Numbered from the stretch's first letter, positions 8,584 through 16,790 are shown. The stretch: 32,000 nt of DNA from Candidatus Pelagibacter sp. HTCC7211 (GCF_000155895.1 NZ_DS995298.1:1290001-1322000); one strand, 5' to 3'. Notes: generated from the letters alone by a model not told the origin. Numbers and translations are program-made.

Positions 8584-9213
8584 ATGTCACAAAAAGATAT
8601 TGGTAATAAAATCCCAATTTATAAATTAAAGGCAGGTAAAGAAGTTGAGGATTACTATGACGAGTGGACAGTTGAAAATAAATACGACAAAGATATGGTT
8701 GATTGGAAATATTCTGGACCTCAAGAAACTGTTACCCTTTTTAAAAAACATAATTCAAAAAAAGAAATTAAAATTTTAGATGCGGGTTGTGGAACTGGCT
8801 TGGTAGGTGTTGAGCTAAAAAAGAATGGCTATCTAAACTTAGATGGTGCTGATTTTTCTCAAAAAATGCTAGATTTAGTTCCAAAAAATATTTATGAGAA
8901 TTTATTTAAAATTGATCTTAATCAAAAAGTAAATATTGCAGATGATACTTATGAAGGAATAACTTGTGTTGGAACTTTTACTTTTGGCCATGTAAATCCA
9001 CCAGCACTAGATGAAATGGTTAGAATCTGTAAAAATGAGTCTTTGATTTGTTTTACAATAAATTTAGGAATTTACGAAGAATATGGGTTTGACAAAAAGA
9101 TTAAAGAGTTAGAAGATAATAACTCTTGGAAAATAATTGAATTTATTAAATCAGATTATATTGCAAGCAAAGGAGTAAATGCCTGGCTAGTTTTGGCTCA
9201 GGTAACTAAATAA
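8584..9213 (+). CDS. Class I SAM-dependent methyltransferase
   Basis: 209 aa with motif I ILDAGCGTGLVG and an acidic post-I residue (LDGADFS). The ATG directly abuts the upstream TAA. Confidence 0.8.
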   Translation: MSQKDIGNKIPIYKLKAGKEVEDYYDEWTVENKYDKDMVDWKYSGPQETVTLFKKHNSKKEIKILDAGCGTGLVGVELKKNGYLNLDGADFSQKMLDLVPKNIYENLFKIDLNQKVNIADDTYEGITCVGTFTFGHVNPPALDEMVRICKNESLICFTINLGIYEEYGFDKKIKELEDNNSWKIIEFIKSDYIASKGVNAWLVLAQVTK

Positions 9214-9216
9214 AAA

Positions 9217-9804
9217 ATGGAAATTAATTTAAGAAAATTTACAAAATTTGTTGATAAAACTTTTATCGAAGGTGGTAAGGAAGCTAAAGAACCGGTCTTA
9301 TTAGTTTCAGTTGCAGCCGTTTTTAAAAATCCCTGGCATGGACAAGGTTTTGTTGAAAATTTAAGACCTACTATTTTAGACTTAGCTCCAAAGTTAGGTG
9401 ATTTATTGGTACCCGAGCTTATTAAAGAAATTGGATCTCCTGAAAAAATATTAGCTTATGGAAAAGCAGGTGTAGTAGGATTAAATGGAGAGATAGAACA
9501 TGCGTCTGCTTTTATTCATACATTAAGATTTGGTAATAAATTTAGGGATGCAGTTGGTGGGACTTCTTATTTAAGTTTTACAAATACTAGAAGTCCAGCT
9601 GGATCTAAAATTTCAATACCCATGATGCACAAAACAGACTCGGGTTTAAGACCTTATTATTTAACTCATGAATTTACTATTCATGATGCTCCATTTGATG
9701 ACGAAATAGTAATAGCTATAGGTGGTGCTTCAAGTGGAAGAGCTCATGCAAGAACTGGTGACAGATATCAAGATATGAAAGAAATGGGTATTGAACCCAA
9801 ATAA
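9217..9804 (+). CDS. 'Amino acid synthesis' family protein (PF06684/DUF1185), function unknown
   Basis: 195 aa. The blocks VAAVFKNPWHGQGFVENLRP, YGKAGVVGLNGEIEHASAFIHTLRFGN, YLSFTNTRS and IPMMHK match my recollection of this family's conserved blocks. Confidence 0.8.
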   Translation: MEINLRKFTKFVDKTFIEGGKEAKEPVLLVSVAAVFKNPWHGQGFVENLRPTILDLAPKLGDLLVPELIKEIGSPEKILAYGKAGVVGLNGEIEHASAFIHTLRFGNKFRDAVGGTSYLSFTNTRSPAGSKISIPMMHKTDSGLRPYYLTHEFTIHDAPFDDEIVIAIGGASSGRAHARTGDRYQDMKEMGIEPK

Positions 9805-9810
9805 TTCTAG

Positions 9811-10593
9811 ATGACAACAGGAACATCGGCATCTGGTACTTTTTATGTTTTAAATCAAAAAGAACAATCAATACCAATAGTCTTTATACATGGTGTTGGC
9901 CTTACTTATGAAATTTGGCAACCACAATTAGATTTTTTTACAAACTATAGTACTCTTGCATATGATATTTTGGGACATGGCAAATCTTCTTTAAAAAAAC
10001 AAAATATAAGTTTTGATGATTTTTCTGATCAACTAATCAAATTAATTGATGAGCTTAATTTTCAGAAAATTCATCTAGTTGGTTTTTCAATTGGCTCTTT
10101 AATTGCTAGAAATTTTGCAACTAAGTTTAATGATCGGTTACAATCATTGGTTCTTTTAGGTTCAATTTACAAAAGAACGGAGCAACAACAAAAAATAGTT
10201 AATCAAAGGTTTGAACAAGCAAAACAAGAATTAAAACTATCAAAACTAGCTCTTAAAAGATGGTTTACTGATAAATATCTAGAAAAAAATCCAGAAATTT
10301 ATGAAAAAATAAGTTCAATTTTGTCAGCTAATAACATGAACAATTTTTTAAAAGTTTATGAGCTATTTGTTAACCATAAAAATGATGAGGATTTTAATAA
10401 AATTACAGCTAGTACACTGGTTATGACGGGTGAATATGATATTGGCTCAACAGTAAAAATGTCTCAAGAATTAAATATTTTAATCTCTAAAAGTCAATTA
10501 AAGATCATTAAAGATGGAAAACATCTTTGTGGTATTGAGTGTGCTGATGATGTAAATTTAGCAATCAAAAATTTTATTAGATCTAATGACTAA
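9811..10593 (+). CDS. Alpha/beta-fold hydrolase
   Basis: 260 aa with the oxyanion region IVFIHGVG, the nucleophile elbow GFSIGS (G-x-S-x-G) and a C-terminal GKHLCGIE His region. Its 3' end overlaps the next gene by 8 nt. Confidence 0.85.
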   Translation: MTTGTSASGTFYVLNQKEQSIPIVFIHGVGLTYEIWQPQLDFFTNYSTLAYDILGHGKSSLKKQNISFDDFSDQLIKLIDELNFQKIHLVGFSIGSLIARNFATKFNDRLQSLVLLGSIYKRTEQQQKIVNQRFEQAKQELKLSKLALKRWFTDKYLEKNPEIYEKISSILSANNMNNFLKVYELFVNHKNDEDFNKITASTLVMTGEYDIGSTVKMSQELNILISKSQLKIIKDGKHLCGIECADDVNLAIKNFIRSND

Positions 10594-12067
10594 ACTAAAA
10601 CAATATAAAATGTTTATTAATGGTGAATGGGTTGATTCTGAAAGTAAAAAAACATTTGAAACTCTTAATCCAGAACACAATGAACCTTGGGCAATTGTAC
10701 CAGAAGCAAGTTCTAAAGATGTTGATAATGCAGTCAAAGCTGCTCAAAAAGCATTCGAGGGTGAATGGCCTAAGTTACTTCCAAGAGAAAGAGCTAAATT
10801 TTTAAGAGCTATTGGAAATCAACTTAGGGAAAATGCAGAAATGCTAGGTGAAATAGAAACAATTGACACTGGTAAACTATATAGAGAAACAAAAAAACAA
10901 GCAGTTTATATTGCAGAATACTACGATTACTACGCTGGCTTAGCAGACAAAGTCGAAGGAACAGTTTTGCCAATAGATAAACCAAATGTTCAAGCAATTA
11001 CAACAAGAATACCTATAGGAGTTATAGCTGCAATAATTCCTTGGAATTCACAAATGTTTTTAACTGCAACTAAATTAGCGCCAGCACTTGCGATGGGAAA
11101 TACAGTTGTAATTAAATCCTCAGAACTTGCTCCTGCTGTCCTATTTGAATTTGCAAAATTAATTGAAAAAACTGGTATCCCTAAAGGAGTAGTGAATGTA
11201 ATTACAGGATTTGGTGATCCTTGTGGTAAAAGTTTAACTACTCACAACTTAGTTGAAAAAGTTGCATTCACCGGAGGTCCTGAAACAGCAAGACATATAA
11301 TTAGAAACTCTGCAGAAAATTTATCAGAAGTAAGTTTGGAACTAGGTGGAAAAAGTCCAGTTGCAGTATTTGATGATGCAGAACAAGAAAATGCAATAAA
11401 TGGAATTACAGCTGGAATATTTGGTGCAAGTGGACAGAGCTGTATAGCAGGCTCAAGACTTTATTTACAAAAAGGAATTTATGATGAATTCTTAGATAAA
11501 CTTTCAAAACGAGCGTCAAAAATAAAAATCGGAGCACCAATGGATCCAGAGACAGAGATGGGCCCTTTAAGTAATTTTAAACAACTAGAGGTAATAGAAA
11601 AAAATATTAAAGATACAATTAATCAAGGTGGAAAAATTAAATGTGGTGGTGAAAGACATTCTTTTTCTAACAAAGGATATTACTTTCCTCCAACAATTAT
11701 AGAATGTGATAATCACAATCTGCCTGTAGCAGAAAACGAGTTATTTGGACCTGTATTATCAGTAATGAAATTTGATACAGAAGAAGAAGTAATTTCAAAA
11801 ATGAACGATAATCAATATGGATTATCCTCTGGGGTTTACACAAACAATTTATCCAAAGGAATGAGAGTCTCAAAAGCTATTAGGGCAGGAATAACTTTCG
11901 TTAACACCTATAGATTAATTTCACCATCTGCCCCTTTTGGAGGTATCAAGGATAGTGGTTATGGAAAAGAGGCAGGAATTGAGTCTATTAAAGATTACAC
12001 CAGAGTTAAAACTACTTGGTTTTATACGTCAGATGAGCCTTCTCTGGATCCTTTCTCAATAAGATAA
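10586..12067 (+). CDS. NAD(P)+-dependent aldehyde dehydrogenase
   Basis: 493 aa with the catalytic Glu motif LELGGKSP, catalytic Cys GQSCIAGSR, the cofactor region FTGGPETA, and EELFGPV. Confidence 0.92.
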   Translation: MTKLKQYKMFINGEWVDSESKKTFETLNPEHNEPWAIVPEASSKDVDNAVKAAQKAFEGEWPKLLPRERAKFLRAIGNQLRENAEMLGEIETIDTGKLYRETKKQAVYIAEYYDYYAGLADKVEGTVLPIDKPNVQAITTRIPIGVIAAIIPWNSQMFLTATKLAPALAMGNTVVIKSSELAPAVLFEFAKLIEKTGIPKGVVNVITGFGDPCGKSLTTHNLVEKVAFTGGPETARHIIRNSAENLSEVSLELGGKSPVAVFDDAEQENAINGITAGIFGASGQSCIAGSRLYLQKGIYDEFLDKLSKRASKIKIGAPMDPETEMGPLSNFKQLEVIEKNIKDTINQGGKIKCGGERHSFSNKGYYFPPTIIECDNHNLPVAENELFGPVLSVMKFDTEEEVISKMNDNQYGLSSGVYTNNLSKGMRVSKAIRAGITFVNTYRLISPSAPFGGIKDSGYGKEAGIESIKDYTRVKTTWFYTSDEPSLDPFSIR

Positions 12068-12174
12068 TCAGCATTAATTAACCTGTTTAAATTAGGATAA
12101 TTTTGTCATTGAATATTGGTTTTATTCATACTTAAATTGGTTTTTATAAATTGTTAACAATAAAGAGGAAGATA

Positions 12175-13365
12175 ATGAGAAAACTATTTATCGCCGTATT
12201 TATGTTTGTATCAAGCTTTGGTTCAAATGTAATGGCAGACGGACATTCGATTAAAATGGGGATTATTTTAGGATTTACGGGTCCTATTGAATCTCTAACT
12301 CCTGCTATGGCTGCATCTGCAGAGCTTGCTTTTAAAGAGGCCTCTGATTCAGGTTCGCTATTAGGTGGAAAAAAAATTGAGCCAGTAAGAGCAGACTCAA
12401 CTTGTGTAGACTCAGCGGCAGCAACTTCAGCAGCTGAAGGACTAATTTCAGGTGGTGTAGCTGCAATTATGGGGGCAGATTGTTCAGGTGTAACTGGTGC
12501 AATAGCATCAAATGTTGCTGTACCAAATGGTGTAGTGATGATTTCACCATCAGCAACTTCTCCAGGTTTAACAACTTTAGATGATAATGGGTATTTCTTT
12601 AGAACTGCACCATCAGATGCTAGAGGTGGTCAAATCTTAGCTGATATAACAAAAGACAGAAAAGTTAAAAGTGTAGCAATAACTTACACAAATAATGACT
12701 ATGGAAAAGGTTTAGCTGATGTATATGAAGCAGCAGTTAAAGCTCACGGTATTAAAGTTACAACAGTAACTGCTCACGAAGATGGAAAAGCTGATTATTC
12801 ATCTGAGGTAGCAACACTTGCTTCAGCAGGTGGTGATGCAGTAGCAGTAATTGGTTACCTTGATCAAGGAGGAAAAGGAATTATTCAAGCCTCTTTAGAC
12901 TCAGGTGCATTTGATAGATTTATTTTATCAGATGGAATGATCGGTCAATCTTTGGTTGATGCATTTGGAAAAGATTTAAGCAAATCTTTTGGTTCTATGC
13001 CTGGTTCAACTGGAAAAGGTGCTGGTGTGTTTGCTGAAGTAGCTAAAGCTGGTGGAATAGATTCATCTGGTCCTTACACTGGAGAATCATATGATGCTGC
13101 TGCTTTAATAGTTTTAGCGATGCAAGCTGGTAATTCAGCAGATAGAGCATCTATTGCAAAAAATGTAATGGATGTTGCTAATGAGCCTGGAACTAAAATT
13201 TATCCAGGTCAACTAAAAAAAGGTTTAGACTTACTTGCCAAAGGTAAAAAGATTAACTACGAGGGAGCAACTGGTGTTACATTTACTAGTGTTGGTGAAG
13301 CCGAAGGTTCTTTCTTAGAGCAAGAAGTAAAAGGTGGAAAGTTTAAAACTAAAAAACAAAGATAA
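12175..13365 (+). CDS. ABC-transporter substrate-binding protein, Leu/Ile/Val-binding (LivK/Peripla_BP_6) family; orphan
   Basis: The track ORF starts at TTG 12151, but ATG 12175 preceded by AAAGAGGAAG is the likelier start. A signal peptide MRKLFIAVFMFVSSFGSNVMA is followed by a type-I PBP fold (GADCSGVT, ISPSATSP, FFRTAPSD, NDYGKG). The protein is Ala/Gly-rich and visibly higher in GC than its neighbours. Confidence 0.9.
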   Translation: MRKLFIAVFMFVSSFGSNVMADGHSIKMGIILGFTGPIESLTPAMAASAELAFKEASDSGSLLGGKKIEPVRADSTCVDSAAATSAAEGLISGGVAAIMGADCSGVTGAIASNVAVPNGVVMISPSATSPGLTTLDDNGYFFRTAPSDARGGQILADITKDRKVKSVAITYTNNDYGKGLADVYEAAVKAHGIKVTTVTAHEDGKADYSSEVATLASAGGDAVAVIGYLDQGGKGIIQASLDSGAFDRFILSDGMIGQSLVDAFGKDLSKSFGSMPGSTGKGAGVFAEVAKAGGIDSSGPYTGESYDAAALIVLAMQAGNSADRASIAKNVMDVANEPGTKIYPGQLKKGLDLLAKGKKINYEGATGVTFTSVGEAEGSFLEQEVKGGKFKTKKQR

Positions 13366-13378
13366 TTAATATCAAATT

Positions 13379-13415
13379 AAAAACCCCGGTAATTGTAAAT
13401 TGCTGGGGTTTTTTT
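13379..13415. terminator. Bidirectional rho-independent terminator between convergent genes
   Basis: AAAAA-CCCCGGTAATT-gta-AATTGCTGGGG-TTTTTTT. The stem is 11 bp (two G-U pairs). It is followed by a T7 run on the + strand and preceded by an A5 run that reads as a T-run on the - strand. It lies 14 nt after the SBP stop and 5 nt from the TauE stop. Confidence 0.85.
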
Positions 13416-13419
13416 ATGT

Positions 13420-13983
13420 TTAAATACTTCCTGTAATTCTTAAAATACCAAAAATTGATATTATTATTAAAAAATTAAACACTACTTTTCTATAAAGAGC
13501 TTCTTTGCTTTTAACAAAAAATTTATCTCCAATATAAACTCCAATTGGTAAAATTATTATCAATGGAAGAGTTCTATAAATTGTTATCATATCTACAATC
13601 CCTCCCAAAAAGCTTAAAACAAAAGCATATACATCTGTTAAAAAAAATAGTGCTGCTAAAGACCCTCTAATTACGGCTGGTTGTATACTGGTAACCAATA
13701 AAAATAGTGCAACAGGCATTCCACCTAATGTTGTTAATCCATTTAAGGTTCCAGAAATTATTCCTGTAAAAATTTTTGAGCCATCATTATTAATTTTTTG
13801 ATTTGAGTAGCCTTTCATTAATAATAAAGAAAAAAATATAATTATTACACATACATACAAATGAGTTGTTTGTGGTGATAAGTATTTTAATAAATATAAT
13901 CCAATTGGTGAACCAATTGTAATCCCTATCAATAGTTTAAAAAAAAAGTTCCAGTCTATTTTGTTCCAAATATAAGGTGCCAT
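13420..13983 (-). CDS. TauE/SafE (DUF81) sulfite-exporter-family permease, C-terminal ~3/4 as an intact ORF
   Basis: 187-aa hydrophobic ORF with TauE-like helices (GTLNGLTTLGGMPVALFLL). It is short for the family. Homologous coding sequence continues upstream (see next feature). Confidence 0.75.
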   Translation of the reverse strand: MAPYIWNKIDWNFFFKLLIGITIGSPIGLYLLKYLSPQTTHLYVCVIIIFFSLLLMKGYSNQKINNDGSKIFTGIISGTLNGLTTLGGMPVALFLLVTSIQPAVIRGSLAALFFLTDVYAFVLSFLGGIVDMITIYRTLPLIIILPIGVYIGDKFFVKSKEALYRKVVFNFLIIISIFGILRITGSI

Positions 13984-14181
13984 AAAAATACTTATGAAAA
14001 TCTCGAGAATTAATATAATCGGTACTACCTCTAATGCAGGAAGAATAAAAGAAAATCCAGAAATACAAGTTGCTGAAAATCCAAATCCATTAAACCCCCT
14101 TATTATCGAAGCTATAAAAACAGTAAAACTTATTAATAAAAATTCAGATAAATCTAAATTAAAGTATCACAAAAAATCCAT
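13984..14181 (-). pseudogene. 5' portion of the same TauE/SafE reading frame, cut off by an in-frame TGA at codon 5
   Basis: In the same frame as 13420-13983 the sequence reads ATG(14181-14179) GAT TTT TTG TGA(14169-14167). It then continues for 61 stop-free codons: YFNLDLSEFLLISFTVFIASIIRGFNGFGFSATCISGFSFILPALEVVPIILILEIFISIF. This is TauE-type TM1-TM2 with a Gly-rich motif, and it runs straight into Met 13983. No ATG/GTG/TTG lies between the TGA and 13983. Confidence 0.55.
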
Positions 14182-15345
14182 TTAAATTCTTTGTTTTAAA
14201 TCTGCTCTAAAAGTGGAAATAACAATAATTATTAAAAAAATAATACAAACTAAATTCATTGTTTTCCAACTAGTTAGGCTAATAAATATGCCAGCTGATA
14301 AACTTGCTATTGCTTGAACTGTGTAAACAATAAGATCATTAAAGCCTTGAGCTTTAAACTTTTCTTCTTCTTTGTAAGATAAAACTAATAAACTTGTTCC
14401 TGATATAAATAAAAAATTCCAACCAAATCCTAAAAAGATTAATGCTATTAAATAATTTTTAAAATTTTGCTCAAATAAACTTGTCAAAATTGTTATTAAA
14501 AACAAAAGAACACCTAAATACATTATTTTGCTATGTCCAAATTTTTTGATCAAATTTCCTGTGATTAATGAAGGTAAAAACATTGCCGCAATATGTAGCT
14601 GAATAACTAATCCAGTTTTTGCCAAACTAATTTTTTCCATTACATGCATGCTTATGGGTGTAGCTGTCATCAAAAATGACATCACCGCATAAGCAAAAGA
14701 TGATGCTATTAATGCTTGTAAAAATCTTGGTTGTGTAATTAATTCAAAATAACTTCGTGTATTTTTTTTAATTAAATTATTTGGTCTATGATTATCCTCA
14801 TAAAATAATAAAAAAATTGTTGAAGATAATGTCAATATTGCAAGTGCAACATATGAACCTGCATACAAATGATCTAAGATAATCTCTTTTGAAATATTTG
14901 CTAAATTTGGACCTATAAAAGCTGAACCAATCCCTGCTAATAATATTATTGATATAGCTTTTGGGGCCATATCTTTATCTACAGTTTCAACTGCAGCAAA
15001 ACGATATTGATGACTAAAAGCTACTCCTGCTCCAAGTAAGAAACATCCTAAATTAAATAATAAAAAACTTTCAATAATTATTGAGTATGATGCCATTAAT
15101 GATGCTAGAGAACTTCCAACTGAAGCAAGAATAAAACCTGCTCTTCTTCCAATAATACTCATAATCTTTGCGGCAAAAAATGCAAAGATCGCAATACCTA
15201 CAATCGATAATGCCATTGGCAAAGTTGCTAAAGATTTAATAGGACTGAATTGAGATCCAATAATTCCACTTAAAAATACTGTGACTGGTGCAGCGGTAAA
15301 AGCAAAAATCTGACTTAAAATCAGCAGCCAAAGATTTTTATTCAT
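14182..15345 (-). CDS. MFS transporter
   Basis: About 12 hydrophobic helices. The track start 15381 is a TTG giving MGHVHGRQVYVL. ATG 15345 (MNKNLWLLILSQIF) is preferred. The TAA stop (14184-14182) directly abuts the ATG of the TauE frame. Confidence 0.85.
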   Translation of the reverse strand: MNKNLWLLILSQIFAFTAAPVTVFLSGIIGSQFSPIKSLATLPMALSIVGIAIFAFFAAKIMSIIGRRAGFILASVGSSLASLMASYSIIIESFLLFNLGCFLLGAGVAFSHQYRFAAVETVDKDMAPKAISIILLAGIGSAFIGPNLANISKEIILDHLYAGSYVALAILTLSSTIFLLFYEDNHRPNNLIKKNTRSYFELITQPRFLQALIASSFAYAVMSFLMTATPISMHVMEKISLAKTGLVIQLHIAAMFLPSLITGNLIKKFGHSKIMYLGVLLFLITILTSLFEQNFKNYLIALIFLGFGWNFLFISGTSLLVLSYKEEEKFKAQGFNDLIVYTVQAIASLSAGIFISLTSWKTMNLVCIIFLIIIVISTFRADLKQRI

Positions 15346-15413
15346 TAAAACATATACTTGTCTGCCATGTACATGGCCCAAGCAATTGCAGCACCCAATA
15401 TAATATATTTCAT
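15345..15413 (-). CDS. Candidate 22-aa hydrophobic small protein (MKYIILGAAIAWAMYMADKYMF)
   Basis: An ATG at 15413 lies 6 nt after the LivM-like stop. The ORF has 22 sense codons and its TAA overlaps the MFS ATG (TAATG at 15347-15343). The segment is clearly more GC-rich than true spacers in this window. Confidence 0.35.
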   Translation of the reverse strand: MKYIILGAAIAWAMYMADKYMF

Positions 15414-15419
15414 ATTAAA

Positions 15420-16790
15420 TTATTTTATTTCTATTTTTTCAGGAAGTATACCTTTTGGTCGATACCTCATAATTAATAATAATCCAAGGCCCATCATTAA
15501 GAATCTAAAGTAAGGCACGCTTTCAATTAAATGAGCTTTAAGAGCGTTTGTTTCTGAAATACCTGCTGTAAAAAAATTAATTAAGAATAATGCAATTGGA
15601 GCAGCTTCAATCCATAAGAACCAAACTACAAAACCTCCTAAAATAGCACCAAAATTGTTCCCGCTTCCACCAACAATTACCATTACCCATATAAGAAATG
15701 TATATCTCATAGGTCTATAACTTCCAGGAGTAAACAAGCCATCCTGAGTAACTAACATCGCGCCAGCAATTCCAACTATTGCAGATCCTAAAATAAAAAT
15801 TAATAAATGTTGTTTAACTACATTTTTTCCCATAGCGTTTGCTGCTTCCTCATTATCTCTTATTGCTCTCATCATTCTTCCCCAAGGAGAATAAAGTGCT
15901 TTCTGAGTTAAAATTAAAAGAATTATAACCACTGTTAAGAATAAACCTGAGTAACATAATTTTACAAATACTGATGAGCCTTCGATAACAAGCTGATTTA
16001 ATGCTGATTGCCGATCTGATAAATTGGAAATTATTTCTAATTTTCCAGAATTAAATTTTTCAACTAAATTTATAAACCAATCTGTCGTTTGTAGATTAAC
16101 TTCATATGGAGCCGGCCTTTTTAAACCAATTACATTTTTAACGCCTCTTGTAAGCCAATCTTCGTGTTTAATTATAGCGATTACAATTTCTGAAATAAGA
16201 AGTGTAGCAATTGCCAAGTAATCAGCTCTAAGACCCAACGCTACTTTCCCAACAATAAAAGCTAATCCTCCAGCAAAGAATGCTCCAACAATCCAAGAAA
16301 ATAAAATAGGTAATCCAAATCCACCTAAAAAACCTGTTTTAGCAGGATCAACAGCTTCAATAGCTTCAATGCCTGGTTCTGCAGAAAATCTAATAAGCAA
16401 TATACCCGAAATTATTATTGCCGCGATGCTATAAGTTCTCACTTTAGATTTTTCAAATCTTTTTAAAATAAATCTGACAACTAAGACCATAACTACTATT
16501 AGCCATAAGCTCATTAAAATATCAAAACCACCAGCGCTCCATGCCTCTTGTACAGGATCGACAGATATTAATACTGCTGCAAGACCGCCTAATGCTGTAT
16601 ATCCCATAATTCCAAAGTTAATTAGTCCTGCATAACCCCATTGAATATTAGCTCCCATTGTCATTACTGCAGAAATTAAGCAAAGATTAAAAATAGATAA
16701 TGCAATATTCCAAGATTGAAATAATCCCACTAAGATAATTAAGCCCATCATAATACTGTAAGCCGCAATTACGTTTAAATTTTTTCTCAC
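15420..16790 (-). CDS. HAAT-family ABC transporter permease (LivM-like, long form)
   Basis: 456 aa, multi-TM, with the conserved RAIRDNEEAANAMG block. There is a ~70-aa hydrophilic insertion (HEDWLTRGVKNV...SALNQLVIEG). The GTG start overlaps the upstream stop (GTGA). Confidence 0.88.
   Translation of the reverse strand: MRKNLNVIAAYSIMMGLIILVGLFQSWNIALSIFNLCLISAVMTMGANIQWGYAGLINFGIMGYTALGGLAAVLISVDPVQEAWSAGGFDILMSLWLIVVMVLVVRFILKRFEKSKVRTYSIAAIIISGILLIRFSAEPGIEAIEAVDPAKTGFLGGFGLPILFSWIVGAFFAGGLAFIVGKVALGLRADYLAIATLLISEIVIAIIKHEDWLTRGVKNVIGLKRPAPYEVNLQTTDWFINLVEKFNSGKLEIISNLSDRQSALNQLVIEGSSVFVKLCYSGLFLTVVIILLILTQKALYSPWGRMMRAIRDNEEAANAMGKNVVKQHLLIFILGSAIVGIAGAMLVTQDGLFTPGSYRPMRYTFLIWVMVIVGGSGNNFGAILGGFVVWFLWIEAAPIALFLINFFTAGISETNALKAHLIESVPYFRFLMMGLGLLLIMRYRPKGILPEKIEIK

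Noticed and set aside
12103-12131. Sigma70-like promoter TTGTCA-N17-TCATAC upstream of the orphan SBP
   Set aside because: The -10 candidate matches the TATAAT consensus at only two positions, and alternative hexamers nearby are no better. The call is not supportable in AT-rich DNA without TSS data.
12151-12174. TTG start for the orphan SBP (track start 12151), and likewise the TTG start 15381 for the MFS gene
   Set aside because: In both cases a downstream in-frame ATG gives a more natural N-terminus. For the SBP, ATG 12175 has an AAAGAGGAAG RBS and opens a signal peptide. For the MFS gene, ATG 15345 gives MNKNLWLL. The extensions add atypical residues.
14167-14169. Explaining the in-frame TGA in the TauE frame by genetic code 4 (TGA = Trp) or selenocysteine
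   Set aside because: TGA clearly terminates other well-supported genes in the window (1929, 2876, 3829, 6886, 16787). No SECIS-like hairpin follows the codon, and TauE proteins are not known selenoproteins.
14171-14176. Homopolymer (T6 on the minus strand) slippage as the cause of the TauE disruption
   Set aside because: I translated the T5 and T7 variants. Both run into stops within 8 codons (TAG and TAA respectively), and the existing frame is already the one continuous with the downstream ORF. A frameshift therefore does not explain it.
13994-14185. 63-aa plus-strand ORF from the six-frame track
   Set aside because: It lies exactly antisense to the stop-free, TauE-homologous minus-strand frame. 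The translation (MKISRINIIGTTSNAGRIKENPEIQ...) has no family resemblance. I treat it as a shadow ORF.
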